Source of the DNA: Minutocellus sp. GHC0000111
Lineage: Eukaryota
Direction of reading: 5' to 3'
Assembly (NCBI GenBank): GCA_977018835.1
Contig: OZ361258.1
Location: 4,898,001 to 4,962,000, forward strand
Length of the DNA: 64,000 bases
Shown piece by piece: positions 21,648-33,608 of the stretch. Each line of letters opens with the position of its first letter. Positions within the stretch are counted from its first letter, which is position 1. Under the pieces are notes generated by a model. It was not told where the DNA came from. It did not search any database and was given only the letters and a program-made list of their open reading frames with translations. A program made the position numbers and the translations under genes.

Positions 21648-23080
21648 TCAAATAAGAAGTGCTGCCATCAATATCATTGACAGCGTGGCGAGCAAGCCAA
21701 ACATCCAACATTTCTCACCAGAAGAGTTCTGCTCAAAAGTGTTTTCCTCACCGGTATCCATACCTTTCATAACAGATGCACCCTCATTTCGAAAGTCAAT
21801 GGCATGCTCCGAAAATAGAAAATACTTTCCAGCTTCAATCGATACCAGCAATTCACCGGTTTCATCATTGCCTTCATACAATTGGAATCCTGCATTTTCA
21901 CCAGCATTCTCTCGGAAGCCGTCTCCACCTTCATCGAGAAACGCAAACGAATATGCTTCATTTGCATTCAGAACAAACACGTGCTCAAAGTGGGACGAGT
22001 TAGCTTCGTTGGAAACGAACGATCCAATGGGCTGATAATGCACAATTTCTCCATCTTTGGATGCCGAAAGAACAAATCCTTGCTCCTGGGGGCGATTATC
22101 GAACTGGATTCGTAATTTATCGCCTTTGTCACGGCCAATACATCGGAAGTTTCACTACTTTCATCTGGCTCTCTTTCACATTTGAAGTAACTCGGTGCAT
22201 ACAGGGGACCAAGCTCACATATAGTATTTTTAATCCACTGAAACTGATTGCTTACCCGAGCGTATACCCCAGGGAACGCGCGATCCGAGCATGCCAGGCC
22301 CCATGAAGTGATTCCAACTTGTAGTTCGGATGCTGCCGATGTGCCCTTGATGAAAATAGGACCACCGGAATCTCCCCAACAGGCATCCCCGCCTGAGGCC
22401 ATATCTCTCTTGGCACAAAGCATGTCCCGGAAGATTTCACCTTTGTATGAGGCTTTCTCGTTGTCCAAAGTATCTGCAAGATTCAAGTCAAATTCGTCAT
22501 CGATTGTACCCTTTGCTTTTTCGCATTTATCATTTGAAACATATTGGACGGTGGCCTCTTGCAGCGTGTTATTGAATCCCTCCCCCGTGGCAGTAGCGCC
22601 CCAACCCGTCACAGATAGCTTACTTCTTTCGAAAAATGGAATGTGATCAGCTGCGTTGAGCTTGATTGGAGTGTGTTTCGTCGCTCTTCCAAATAGTTTG
22701 ATAATCCAAAAGTCTTTTTTGAGAGTAATACCGTCATAGAAGGGATGCACTACGGACGAGTGCGGGTCGACCACAAGCGTTTCTACATCTTCTTCTTGGT
22801 CATTGGAAGGGTCGTAGCGTCCAAGCTGAACAGTGGAAATTCCATTGCCTCCGGAGCAATGTGCCGCCGTTAACACAATGTTGGGAGCAATCAGTGTCCC
22901 TCCGCACACATAGTCTTGGAAGTAGTCACGCAGGATGACCATGTATGGGTATCGTTCAGGGTTGGCGTCGACGCCGTTGACGATTGCGCGGCGCTGCTGC
23001 CGCGATTGTAGCCCGCCGACTTTGGCTGAGCACGTGGCAAGAGAAGCAATGAGCATCAAAAGTTGCAGTTGAGATATCAT
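21648..23080 (-). CDS. Trypsin-like serine protease (S1A), with a frameshift in the C-terminal domain
   Basis: IVNG, TAAHC, DFW and DACWGDSGGP. A 1-nt loss at ~22117 is shown by alignment to the adjacent paralog (LRIQFDNRPQEQGF vs ITIRVIFDDRPKEQGF). Confidence 0.88.
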
Positions 23081-23491
23081 GTTGATCTCGTTGCACACTT
23101 GCTATCGCAATTTATTCAATTAAATTAATGACGATTCCACAACCACATGCCCCCTTTTAGTTCGAGCCTTCGAGAAGGCACCCTGAAGCACAACCCTGAA
23201 CAGTGAGTTGGCCGTGTGGCCTTCGAGAAGGTCATCGTGCAATCGCATCGTCTGGCTGTGCACCGCCGTCTGTCCGCGCGCCGTCTGTCCTTGGTCTGTG
23301 CGTCAGAAAAATGCCTAAAATCCTGACCTCGCACCTCCAGTGTGCCACCACGAACATAACAGGAACCTCCTACATTTATTTGATAAAGAGCACGCAGGAT
23401 TAAGTTGCCAGATAGCGATCCTACAGGAAAGTAGATCTAGATATATATATATAGATCTATATGTAAATCATGCGCGGAGAAGTTGCTTCTT

Positions 23492-24916
23492 TCAGGCAGC
23501 CAAAACGATTGCGAAATGCAGAAAAATCCAAACCAATTGTTTACATCCGGCGAAGCTACAATCAGCCAGCGAAGTTGCCTCTTGTCCCTCCTCAATTTTC
23601 ACGTTGCCGTCATTCCATTCAGCGGGCGGCAAAAGTTCAACCTCACCACTCGATAAATCAAATACATGCTCCGCAAATAAGAAGTACTTTCCGGCTTCAG
23701 ACGATACCAGAATTTCACCCTCGACATAAATAGCATATCCTGGGACTTCGCCGTCACCATTGTTCTGCCTCTGTCGAGATCCATCGCCACCTTCATCCAT
23801 ATAGATAAATTCATAAACTCCGTTTGCATCGACATCAAACGAAATCTCAAAGGGTTCTGTGGTTTGAAACGAACCAATTGGCTGGTAGTGAATTATCCTA
23901 CCATCATCGTCTGAAATTAAAAGAAACCCTTGTTCTTTTGGTCGATCGTCGAATATTACTCGGATAGTGATCTGCTTTGTTTGGGTCGTCTGATCTGTGC
24001 CTTCTTTTCCTGAGTCAAGATCGCATCCAAAGTATTGGGGTGCATCCAATGCACCAATCCTGCAAACTTGTTCTCGAATCCAATCGTACTGATTGCTCAC
24101 CCGAGCATACACGCCAGGAAATTCTCTATCCGAACACGAATATCCCCATGAAGTGATACCAATCTGTAAGTCAGACTCTACCGAATCCCCCTTGACAAAC
24201 ACTGGACCACCAGAGTCTCCCCAACATGCATCGCCCCCCTCGCCTTTCGCGCAAAGCATATCGTCCAAAATACCTCCTTCATATGTCTCCCACACTTCTA
24301 GCCGATCGTCAACAGTATCGTCATCAAAGTCAATTGTCCCTTCGGCTGCCTCACAGATCTTGTTGGAAACATACCTGACCGACGCTTCCTGCAACTTTGA
24401 TGTGAATGATTCTTGTTCGACTGTTGTGCTACCCCATCCGATCACGGAGAGAGGGCTGCCTTCAAAGAATGGCACATGATCAGCGCTATTGATTTTGATG
24501 GGAGAGTGGTTCATAGATTTACCAAACAACTTGATGACATAAAAATCATTCTCCATTGTATAGGAATCGTACGAAGGATGCCGAACCGATGCGTTCGGAT
24601 CCACCACGAGAGTTTCTACGTTGGCTTCGTGCTCGTTGGATCCATCATACCTGCCGATTTGGACTGTTGCTATGCCCGATGATTCGCCACAATGAGCCGC
24701 GGACAAAACAATATCGGGAGCTATTAGCGTTCCAGCGCAGACATAATTCTGAAAGTAATCACGCAAGACCACCATGTAGGGATATCGATCCGGGTCTGCA
24801 TCGAAGCCGTTGAAAATGCGCTTGGATGGCAATATTTCCGAGTCAGCGAAGACGGCGAGCAATGCTACCAGAAGCAGCAGACGTGACATGCTGGCCCTTT
24901 GTGGTATCATTTCCAT
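23492..24916 (-). CDS. Trypsin-like serine protease (S1A), tandem paralog with hydrophobic C-terminus
   Basis: IFNG, SAAHC, NDFY and DACWGDSGGP; signal peptide. Confidence 0.92.
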   Translation of the reverse strand: MEMIPQRASMSRLLLLVALLAVFADSEILPSKRIFNGFDADPDRYPYMVVLRDYFQNYVCAGTLIAPDIVLSAAHCGESSGIATVQIGRYDGSNEHEANVETLVVDPNASVRHPSYDSYTMENDFYVIKLFGKSMNHSPIKINSADHVPFFEGSPLSVIGWGSTTVEQESFTSKLQEASVRYVSNKICEAAEGTIDFDDDTVDDRLEVWETYEGGILDDMLCAKGEGGDACWGDSGGPVFVKGDSVESDLQIGITSWGYSCSDREFPGVYARVSNQYDWIREQVCRIGALDAPQYFGCDLDSGKEGTDQTTQTKQITIRVIFDDRPKEQGFLLISDDDGRIIHYQPIGSFQTTEPFEISFDVDANGVYEFIYMDEGGDGSRQRQNNGDGEVPGYAIYVEGEILVSSEAGKYFLFAEHVFDLSSGEVELLPPAEWNDGNVKIEEGQEATSLADCSFAGCKQLVWIFLHFAIVLAA

Positions 24917-25489
24917 CGTAGCGTTGGTGGTTCTGGTCTTGCAAGCAATCAGACAATCAGGCATATACGCTCTCTTTCGGAGGACCAACGAGAATATCGG
25001 GCCGGGTAATTAGGGGAGTTCCCCGCGTTATAGCTAGCTCTCTACCGGTCGGTAGATCTACACATGCATAACAACTTACTACGTAATCGTTTATAATATC
25101 GACATGATCAGATGATGAGAAGTGAAGAAAGCTCGGCAATCGAATTAGAGCCAGACCACATATAATTAACCATAGTAACGTTCAGGTCCACTTCTAAAAC
25201 CTCTAAACTGCTGCCATGTATATGTACCGGTACCGGTAGTTGAAGGATTCCTACAAGGTTCGTTCCATCGCATTGCATGTAGGAAGTAAAGATCTGAAAT
25301 AGTTGCATTACATAGGTCCACTATCTCCGCTATATTTGCTATTTTGTTGCTCACGCACATATGAATGTGCGGCTGCAGAAATCAATAAGTGGTGGCACGC
25401 CGTGATTGCACTGTCTCTCGTCGATCAACTTTTTCGAAAAGTAGACAAAGACAAATCAGATTCTTAAGCCAGTACATTAATGCATGCAC

Positions 25490-26077
25490 CTAAGCATACT
25501 CAAGGAGGCCGCAGCCAATGCGGGCGCCAGGAATGCTGTCAGTGTGGATAACAAAGGCATGGCCGTGGTTGATATCGGCGCCGTAGCCGTTTCCTCCGTT
25601 GTCAACAATGGTCTCGTAACTGGATTCGCCAGCACTGTTGGAATCGTAGCGAACAGGGACCCAGGGATCGGTAGCAGAGAAGGCGGGAGACCAGAAGTGC
25701 CCCCCGACGAAGTCCAGGTTGTTGCAAGTGACGCCCTCATGGATGTGAATGCCGCATTGGTTCTTGCCACCAACACCGTCGCTGCAATTGGCTGTGACGC
25801 CCTCGACGTCCATCTTGATGGTCATGTCGCCATCCTTGTTGAAAGAAATCTTGACAGTTCCACTGGCGCTGCTGTCAGAGCCAGGGTAAGGGCCAATGTA
25901 GGCGATCAAGTCGGCCTTGCCAGACTTGCTTCCGGTACCACTGCCCTTGGAGCTGCTCTTCAAGGCACGGTGTTCGTCGGCGGCAGCGCCGTCCCAACCG
26001 TTGCCACGAAGACTGGCAGCGACCAAAGTAGGCTGAGCCATCAGAGTGGCGGTAAAAAGGGATGTAGTGAACTTCAT
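25490..26077 (-). CDS. Secreted Cu/Zn superoxide dismutase-fold protein, Cu-only type (paralog of 2941-3615)
   Basis: MKFTTSLF signal peptide; CGIHIHEG, GGHFW and AFVIH...ARIGCG. Confidence 0.8.
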   Translation of the reverse strand: MKFTTSLFTATLMAQPTLVAASLRGNGWDGAAADEHRALKSSSKGSGTGSKSGKADLIAYIGPYPGSDSSASGTVKISFNKDGDMTIKMDVEGVTANCSDGVGGKNQCGIHIHEGVTCNNLDFVGGHFWSPAFSATDPWVPVRYDSNSAGESSYETIVDNGGNGYGADINHGHAFVIHTDSIPGARIGCGLLEYA

Positions 26078-26641
26078 CGTGCTCGCGAGCGATGCGGTGG
26101 TAGAAACTGTTACGCGGATATCAATGTAGCAATTTGTGCGACGTCGTTCGGTCCAACGCATTGGCGCATCTCGCCATTCACATGCGCATTACTAGTACTC
26201 AGTTCGTCGCGTCATCATCAGCCCCCTGACTGAGCACGACAACTTGTGCTGGCCTCTCGAACCTCCGAAATTTTGGCACCCAAGCTCACGAGCAGGCAAC
26301 GCTACCGAAACGAACGGCTGCGTAGATATTACTAGCTAGACTCTACCACCGTGAAATTTTCCGGTACATTCACTGGTAGACCTCCTAATTCACTTTGGTA
26401 TTCGTAGCAACGATCATTAAAACTCCTACGAGTGGCATTCTTTGCTGATTTGTGATATCTAGACTTAATAGGAGGGTACTGTGTGTGTGTATGTGTATAG
26501 ATGCGTGTATATAGAGAGTACCGGTATACATGTATACAAAGAGACGATTTTCATGGTAGATTCTTAGATCTGCATCCGTATCCATCTACAGGTGAGGCAG
26601 CCTTTCAAATCAATTTTTTTTACCTACGCAGCAGCCTTGCG

Positions 26642-28183
26642 CTACCGATAGGCATCCGCCACAATCTCCACAGATGGCTCTTCTTCCATTGCTGTCCCAA
26701 AGCTTGCCCTTTGCCGTCCCCGATGATCCATGGTTTGACCTTCCGCATCTTGCTGCTGCAATACCCTAACGCAGAGCGATGCTGGTCTTTGATTTTCGTC
26801 GTCGGCATTTTGTTCGTTCCGTCTCTTCGACATCAAAACAGCCACAACTGCAAGGAGGGTCACAAAGGCCACCCCACCGACCGATGCCGCAATGATGAGT
26901 ACCAGGCTATCGTTGGATTCCGAATTGCCTTGTATTTGCGATTCCACACTATTTGCAGATGATATATCGAGGGTATCGTCTTCCTCGTCGAACCATGCCA
27001 AATCCGCCGCAAACGGAGGATCGGTGGGTTCCGTCACCGGTTCCTCAAAGACCGTGGGACTTGCCATTGGCATCGAACCAGCTGCCCCCTTGCCACTGTC
27101 CTCCTCGGTGTCATTGCCCAGCAAAAACTCCAGCACCGACTGCTGCTTCCCCGCCACCACGGGCGCCGCGCTCGGCCGCAAGGTCGGCCGTGCCGTCGGC
27201 GATTCCGTGGGCCTTTGCGTCGGACTGTCCGTCTCGATCTCCTCCTCCTCCGTCCTCACACACTCAAACTCTTGCGGGGGATCGTCGCTCAATTCGCACA
27301 CCACCTCGTCGATCCAACCGATCTGATCGCTGATCCTGCTGTACAGCCCCGGAAAGTCGGGGGAGTTGCACCCCACACCGAAGCTGACGATGCCCACCTG
27401 CACGTCTTGGTTCCCTGCATCGTTATCCTCATCCGACACGATCAGCGGACCCCCGCTGTCTCCCAGACACGCGTCGGCCGACTCGCTCCACGCGCACATC
27501 ATGCTGTTGGTCAGAAATCCTCTATAACTATAATACGCCCCCTGGATGTACCCGTCGGACTTGTCGCACGTTTGTGGACTGACGTACCCCACCGTGGCCT
27601 GCTGCAGGGTGGGGCTGAGCCGCTGGCCGTACACGTCGGTGGCCCCCCAACCCACAATGGTGAGGGGCTGGGCGTCCCGGCTGGGCACGCGGGGGTTGCG
27701 ATTGAGTTGGATGGGTGGGAATTGGCCCGTGTCGACCGGGGAGGTGAGCTTGATGAGCATAAAATCAAAGTCAATGTCGGGGTTGGCCGCGGTCCATCGG
27801 TAGGCGGGGTGGACGACCGTCTTGTCGGTGCGGATGGTTTGTCGTTGACCGGAGCGCTCTTCTTGGTTGGAGTTGTACCGATCGGACATGCCGAGGGTGG
27901 CAAATCGAAAGGAACCCTGGCAGTGCGCGGCCGAGAGGAGGACGTCGGGGGCGACGAGGGTGGCGGCGCAGGAGTGGTCGGTGGCGGTCCGGTCGGTGCC
28001 AAGGCTGACCAGATACGGGTAGCGGGTGTGGGAGGCGGTGGTTCCGCCGACAATGTATGGCTGAGGCTGGGGGTCGAAGATACTGTCTTTGTTGTTGGAG
28101 GAAGAAGATGCCAATGATAGTTGCAGCAGGAATGACACGAGGGTGGAACTTATGGTGGCCTGCGTCGGCATCATAACGGCCAT
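26642..28183 (-). CDS. Trypsin-like serine protease with C-terminal transmembrane helix
   Basis: IVGG, SAAHC, DFDF and DACLGDSGGP; TM segment LVLIIAASVGGVAFVTLLAVVAVLM. Confidence 0.92.
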   Translation of the reverse strand: MAVMMPTQATISSTLVSFLLQLSLASSSSNNKDSIFDPQPQPYIVGGTTASHTRYPYLVSLGTDRTATDHSCAATLVAPDVLLSAAHCQGSFRFATLGMSDRYNSNQEERSGQRQTIRTDKTVVHPAYRWTAANPDIDFDFMLIKLTSPVDTGQFPPIQLNRNPRVPSRDAQPLTIVGWGATDVYGQRLSPTLQQATVGYVSPQTCDKSDGYIQGAYYSYRGFLTNSMMCAWSESADACLGDSGGPLIVSDEDNDAGNQDVQVGIVSFGVGCNSPDFPGLYSRISDQIGWIDEVVCELSDDPPQEFECVRTEEEEIETDSPTQRPTESPTARPTLRPSAAPVVAGKQQSVLEFLLGNDTEEDSGKGAAGSMPMASPTVFEEPVTEPTDPPFAADLAWFDEEDDTLDISSANSVESQIQGNSESNDSLVLIIAASVGGVAFVTLLAVVAVLMSKRRNEQNADDENQRPASLCVRVLQQQDAEGQTMDHRGRQRASFGTAMEEEPSVEIVADAYR

Positions 28184-28917
28184 CGATTCAATTCAACTTT
28201 GTTCTCGAGAATACGACCGACTTTGGTGAACGAAAAAATGAGGCTTTCTGGGCTCAAGATGTGCTCGAAATGAATTCCCAATAAACTGAGACCAGATGGG
28301 ATGCGTTGCAACCTACGGAACTAAGCTCGGTCCCAACCGATGATAATCCCTCTTATAGTATACAAGAGGTGCGGAACCGCCCGTCAACAGAAGGAGTGAA
28401 CACGCCAAGAGTCAGAGCCTTGTGTTGGGATCAGGTCCCACTTTGTCACCAAATTAGCCGGATAAACGGACATGGGAAAAATTCAAAGACAGCAGGCCTT
28501 TCCCAAAAACGGGACCAGAAATGGCGAATGCTACTCAAAACACATCTTGTGCCGAAAATCGCCAAGACGCGCAACATGAAAAAACTCAAAAGAGTTGCAA
28601 GCAGCGAGCGAGGTGACTCCGCCTACGATAAGAATGCGATAGCACATACAACAACTCCACCAGGGTAGACAAGCGGGCGATCTGAAAGTGCTCATTGATT
28701 TGGAGCGCAGAGTTAAAAGCAGCGCATAACTCCTCGTTCGACCCCGGGAAAAGCTGGCACAGAACAACCAGAACCGCGCACCCACCACGCTTGGCATTAG
28801 CAACATCGATCACATATGGACTCTTCCGTGGATACCCTTGCTCTCATGCGTGCTGATATGTCTTCGGAAAATCGGCCAAGCTGCTTGGAGTGTGCAGATT
28901 GCAATGCTTCAACCAAA

Positions 28918-30864
28918 ATGCATCGAAAACATTCGCATCGGCCGGTAACACGATTGGCAGGAACCCTCCTGGCCCTGCTGTCTCTGCTGACCACCCCAAT
29001 CCACGGCCACTCGGATGCACCCAAACTCAACATCTTCGGCCTCGAGCACATGGAGGCACAGCGCTTCGATGCCGGGGATCCCCTCAGCCTCCCCACCGCC
29101 CGCATCATCGGCGGCAAGGCCACCGCGCCGGACCGCTACCCGTACATGGTCTCCTTGCAAAAGACCTTTCGGCGGAACGGCATGACGTACTACGCCCACG
29201 TATGCGGCGGTACGCTGATTGCACCAGACGTGGTCCTGACCGCGGCACACTGTTTCGATTGTCAGGGTGCCTCCAAGTGCTACGATCGCATCGCCCTCGG
29301 GAGGCATGATTTTCGGAGCTACTCGGAGATGACCAACGTCAACGCCATCGAGAGTGGATACGCCGCCGGGGATGCCGCGTATGATGGTCGACTTGTCTTT
29401 GACATTTCCGAGGTGAAGGAGATCAAGCATCCGGGATACAAGTACAACCTGTATACTAATGATATCGGATACGATTTCGCTCTGCTGATTTTGCCCAATC
29501 GGCCCAACAGTCTGGCAGCGACGGGTGCCACGCTCAAACCGGTCCGGCTCAATACCAACCCCGCCGTGCCCGATGGACCGATGGCGCTCACGGTGGCCGG
29601 GTGGGGTGCCACCCAAACCCCAACTCCGCAGGACAACTTTCTGTCTCCCCTGCTGCTGGACACCACCGTCCAGTACGTGACCAACGGACAGTGCGTCCAG
29701 GCCGGAGGCTACGTGGAAACCAATGGGGTCAACGTGTACTACTCGTACTGGAACTTTGTCAAGGACAACATGATGTGCGGGGTGGAAAACAACCAGGATG
29801 CGTGCGTAGGTGATAGCGGCGGGCCGTTGATCATTTCCGGGCAGAATGGTGATGGCAGTGACGATGTTCAGGTGGGCATCGTCAGCTTTGGCGTGGGGTG
29901 CGCCAACGCCGACTTTCCCGGCATCTACGCCCGGATTAGCGACCAATGGGAATGGCTCGAGGAGACCGTGTGCGGGGAGACGCGGTATCCGGACGATGGC
30001 AGTTCCAGTAGTTTCGACTGCAAGACGTCGGCACCGAGCTCGGCTCCGTCTTTGTCGCCAAGCGTGGGGCCATCGGCACCGCCATCAACCACGGCATCGG
30101 CAGAACCTTCCTCAATACCGATACAACTGCCCTCGGGCAGTGCCATCAACCAAACCCAAACGACAAATGAGACCGGAAGCATCGGATCACCGTTGGCCAA
30201 CGATGCAAATCGTGTCGAGGCAGATGAACTGATACCAAGCTATATGAATGAAACGAACACAACGAATACGACCTCAACGACAACTCAAGCTCCGACCTAC
30301 GATCGAGAAGGGGCGAACCCACTGGATCCTACCAACTCATCTTCTAATGAACCGACGACGATGATATCCAATAAAGAAACAAACGTGTCCCAAGTTCCAA
30401 CGATGCGGCCAGTGCTCAAGAACAATGAAGGAAATGTAACAGACACCGCATCGAACAGCACCGTCGGGCCAACGTCGTCTCTGAACTTCAGCGTTCCAGC
30501 TCCTGTGGATGGAAGCACCACAACGCCGACGGCCTTTCCGGTCCAATCAAGTGCAACCGAGAAGCCAAGCTCTACCATAGCCACCACTGATAAGCCATCA
30601 GAGCAGCCAATAACAAAGCCGAGTCAATCGCCTACTGCATCTCCAGTCGCCGTTGAGAGCTTGTCGCCATCTGTTCAGAAGAGCACGTCCCCTAGCAAGG
30701 CAGTGAGCGGAAAGCCGAGCGATGAATCTACCGATATGGATGCCAACAAGGCGACTGGTACGACCACCTCAGGTGCAACTTATTACGTCTCTATAGACGG
30801 GACACTATCTCTTATGGCAAGCATCGTAGTATCAGCACTGCTGAGCATGGGTATCTACTGCTAG
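28918..30864 (+). CDS. Trypsin-like serine protease with mucin-like Ser/Thr/Pro stalk and GPI-like tail
   Basis: IIGG, TAAHC, YDFAL and DACVGDSGGP. The ORF is open from 28816; the signal peptide follows Met at 28918. Confidence 0.9.
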   Translation: MHRKHSHRPVTRLAGTLLALLSLLTTPIHGHSDAPKLNIFGLEHMEAQRFDAGDPLSLPTARIIGGKATAPDRYPYMVSLQKTFRRNGMTYYAHVCGGTLIAPDVVLTAAHCFDCQGASKCYDRIALGRHDFRSYSEMTNVNAIESGYAAGDAAYDGRLVFDISEVKEIKHPGYKYNLYTNDIGYDFALLILPNRPNSLAATGATLKPVRLNTNPAVPDGPMALTVAGWGATQTPTPQDNFLSPLLLDTTVQYVTNGQCVQAGGYVETNGVNVYYSYWNFVKDNMMCGVENNQDACVGDSGGPLIISGQNGDGSDDVQVGIVSFGVGCANADFPGIYARISDQWEWLEETVCGETRYPDDGSSSSFDCKTSAPSSAPSLSPSVGPSAPPSTTASAEPSSIPIQLPSGSAINQTQTTNETGSIGSPLANDANRVEADELIPSYMNETNTTNTTSTTTQAPTYDREGANPLDPTNSSSNEPTTMISNKETNVSQVPTMRPVLKNNEGNVTDTASNSTVGPTSSLNFSVPAPVDGSTTTPTAFPVQSSATEKPSSTIATTDKPSEQPITKPSQSPTASPVAVESLSPSVQKSTSPSKAVSGKPSDESTDMDANKATGTTTSGATYYVSIDGTLSLMASIVVSALLSMGIYC

Positions 30865-30905
30865 CAAGTGCTAAACAAAAAACAAAATTTGCCAAACATA
30901 TCCCC

Positions 30906-32561
30906 TTATGATGTCTTCTCTATCTTACAGCCCTGTTTCTTAGCAAAAGCAACTCCCCGAATAATTGCGCAGACTGCCAATGAATTCCAAAGTTCTTCCT
31001 TGTTGCGTTTGAGTTCTTTCGGCGAAACGAACTTGTCTTCGTCTTGCCATGGAAGCAGAGCCTCGTCATGGTCACAGTCTACGGCATCGTGTGGTATCCT
31101 CCTTTTCGCCATGGCAAGTTGCGTCCCGTTGTTTAGATGAAATACGTAACGTTTGCAGTAGTGAATGAGAGGGGGTTGGCCGAGATCATCTGCGAAACAT
31201 GATTTTACGCCCTCGTCAGGGAGCAACACATCGTCAATCGATTCTGAATCGAACGAATTTATGAACCGTTCGGCTACCGGTTGCACCGTTTTTATATCTG
31301 AATTTCTGGGCCAAGATACCATGCATCCAGTAAAGAGATCATGTGCGAGCTTGTGCGGTAAATCTAAGTCGGCAGCAGCTGCGGAATATGCAAACATTTC
31401 CGCATATAGCAGTGGATATTCCTCATATATCGGTGGTACAAGCTCTTTCCATCGAGTCGCCAACCTATTAACATCGGCACTGTGAATTATGTAGGGTGGA
31501 CCAGTGCTCAAGCCCTTCTCCTTTGCCATCTTTTGGGTAGTCTTTGCACATAAAGAGTCGGCACCGCATATTCTTGTGAGGTTGAAGCCAAGCCACTGCT
31601 CCCCAAGACCATAGTATGCGCCAGCAGGCGATCCCGGCGTTGCTGTGATGTTTACACCGAATTTCTTCATGAAAATAAAGTCTGGGTCAATCAGCACAAT
31701 TGCCTCGTTTGCATCTTTATCGAATGACGATTCAGCATCTTCATCAGACCAATGTTTTAGCCCGGATGGTTTGTTCATGAAATAATAAGTGCTGCAATGA
31801 TAATTGAAAATAAATGATGAGATACATGAAACGAAAACAATCTCAATACTAGAGCTAGAGACAAGCTCAACAGGACTTACTTTCCGTAGCTAGAATAGGT
31901 GACCTTCCCCTGTTTGTTCTTGTAAAATCGTTTCTTTTTTCCATCGGCGTACGGGCCCCCATAGACTGACATGTCCGAATAGTCGAGAAAAGTGCACCGA
32001 TGGGCATCCCAAGGACTTGGTCGGATCATTGTCCGTCTGGGCACTTTCACCACAAAGAGAAGGGAAGCTCCTTTGGATATCAGCCAAAACAGATGATCGA
32101 CTCAACAATGATCCATCTTGACCGTGTGGTTTGCTCTTGTGATCCAACCGCTTGTTTGCCTTGACCTCACTAGTATCGTCAGCCGGACAACCACTCATGA
32201 TCCAAGTGTAACGTCCTGTTATGCCCACGTCGATTGCGCTGTGCATTTGAACTAGAACTTGCCACCGTTGAAAGGGTGAGCAGTCGCTTGATACCACAAA
32301 GTGAAATGTCGGCTTTTCTGTATGTGGCTTCCTTGCTTTACTAGTATCGGTGGCAGGTGGAGGTTCAATTGGATTCGCATTGCGCTTTTTGGCCGTCTCA
32401 CGCAATTTTTCTTGCTGCAGTATCTTTCTTTCGCGATCTCGCAAATTTGTGAGCTGCTGTGTTCCAGCATGCTTTTGAACGATGAAGAAGGGCGCCAACG
32501 CCGCAACCAGTAAGAGGAAACCAATAAAAGATGCTACTATGCGATGGATTGATGATGGCAT
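30906..32561 (-). CDS. Peptidyl-serine galactosyltransferase / Hyp-O-arabinosyltransferase-like type II membrane glycosyltransferase, with one frameshift
   Basis: N-terminal TM, HFVVSSDCSPFQRWQ, YYFMNKP, LIDPDF, GPPYI and AEMFAYS. Intron 31792-31880. Frameshift at ~31985 (HFS-DYSDM). Confidence 0.75.
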
Positions 32562-32967
32562 TGTTGCTGATTGATTGGAGTTCGGGTTCGAGGCTTTGAT
32601 GGTATCTTGAGTTTGAATTGCGAAGAGATGTGCTGGATTCTGAAAGGATTCACTTATGAGGCGATCAGTAAAAACCGCAGATGAAATGTTTGCTGCTGGA
32701 TTGTTATTGCTAATACATGTAGTCAGGTGGAGAGCAACGGCGGCGGTCAAGATATCCGCTTCGTCATGGTGCCGTTGCTTGTTTGTGCTGGTTTGAGCGA
32801 GATTTGATTTCGTCTGGCCGTCGCAAGATGAGGGCCAACCTCAGCCGCAAAGTCATCCTCCTTAGAAGCATTCGTCAAGTGGTAGAGCATTCTTCATCTC
32901 TCTTTCTCTTGATTCTGCCCGTAACGGCCATTCCTTGATTGCTCTTCATTTTTTGAAACCAACAGTC

Positions 32968-33495
32968 ACGTCGTTTGCATTCGGAGGAGGCGCATCCTCT
33001 TCATCTGACCAACCGGCCGCGAGCCAAGCGGCACCAAAAGTAGAACCCTCGACCCCGTACATTGCCGCCGGCGATGGTAATCTGGAATTGCTGCAAACTG
33101 CCCTTCGAACGCTCAACCTTGCACCAAATGCCGCTGATGAAAATGGATTTACATTCGTCCATGCCGCGGCGGCGTACAGCCGGCTCAACGTGCTGCGGTG
33201 GGTCTTCGCTCAAGATGGTGTAGACGTGAATGCTCAAGACGCCGACGGGGACACACCATTGCATCACTGCGACGAGGTGGAGGCTGCCAAATGTCTGATT
33301 GAAGAGGGCAAGGCAAATATTAGCATCAAGAATTCCAATGGATATACAGCAAGGGAGGCCAAGGAGGAGGAATTGCAGGAAGATCAAGACGACGAGGAGG
33401 AAGAAGACAGTGATGATGAAGATCGGATAGCCATGAAAGGGCTCGTGGAATACCTCAAGAGCTTGGAGTGTGATAACGACGAGGATATGCAATGA
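32968..33495 (+). CDS. Small ankyrin-repeat protein with acidic tail; start uncertain
   Basis: TPYIAAGDGNLELL, DENGFTFVHAAA and DADGDTPLHHC. There is no in-frame ATG, so either ACG at 32968 replaces it or an upstream exon splices to the AG at 32965. Confidence 0.75.
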   Translation, partial: TSFAFGGGASSSSDQPAASQAAPKVEPSTPYIAAGDGNLELLQTALRTLNLAPNAADENGFTFVHAAAAYSRLNVLRWVFAQDGVDVNAQDADGDTPLHHCDEVEAAKCLIEEGKANISIKNSNGYTAREAKEEELQEDQDDEEEEDSDDEDRIAMKGLVEYLKSLECDNDEDMQ

Positions 33496-33608
33496 TTATC
33501 TGGTGAAATTTAGATATAATTGGTTGCATTTCGTTTAAGCCACGCCATTACTGCACAGCTGATTTTTGAGAATAAGATAGCACGCTTGTCTACAGTGTAA
33601 TGTGTCTA

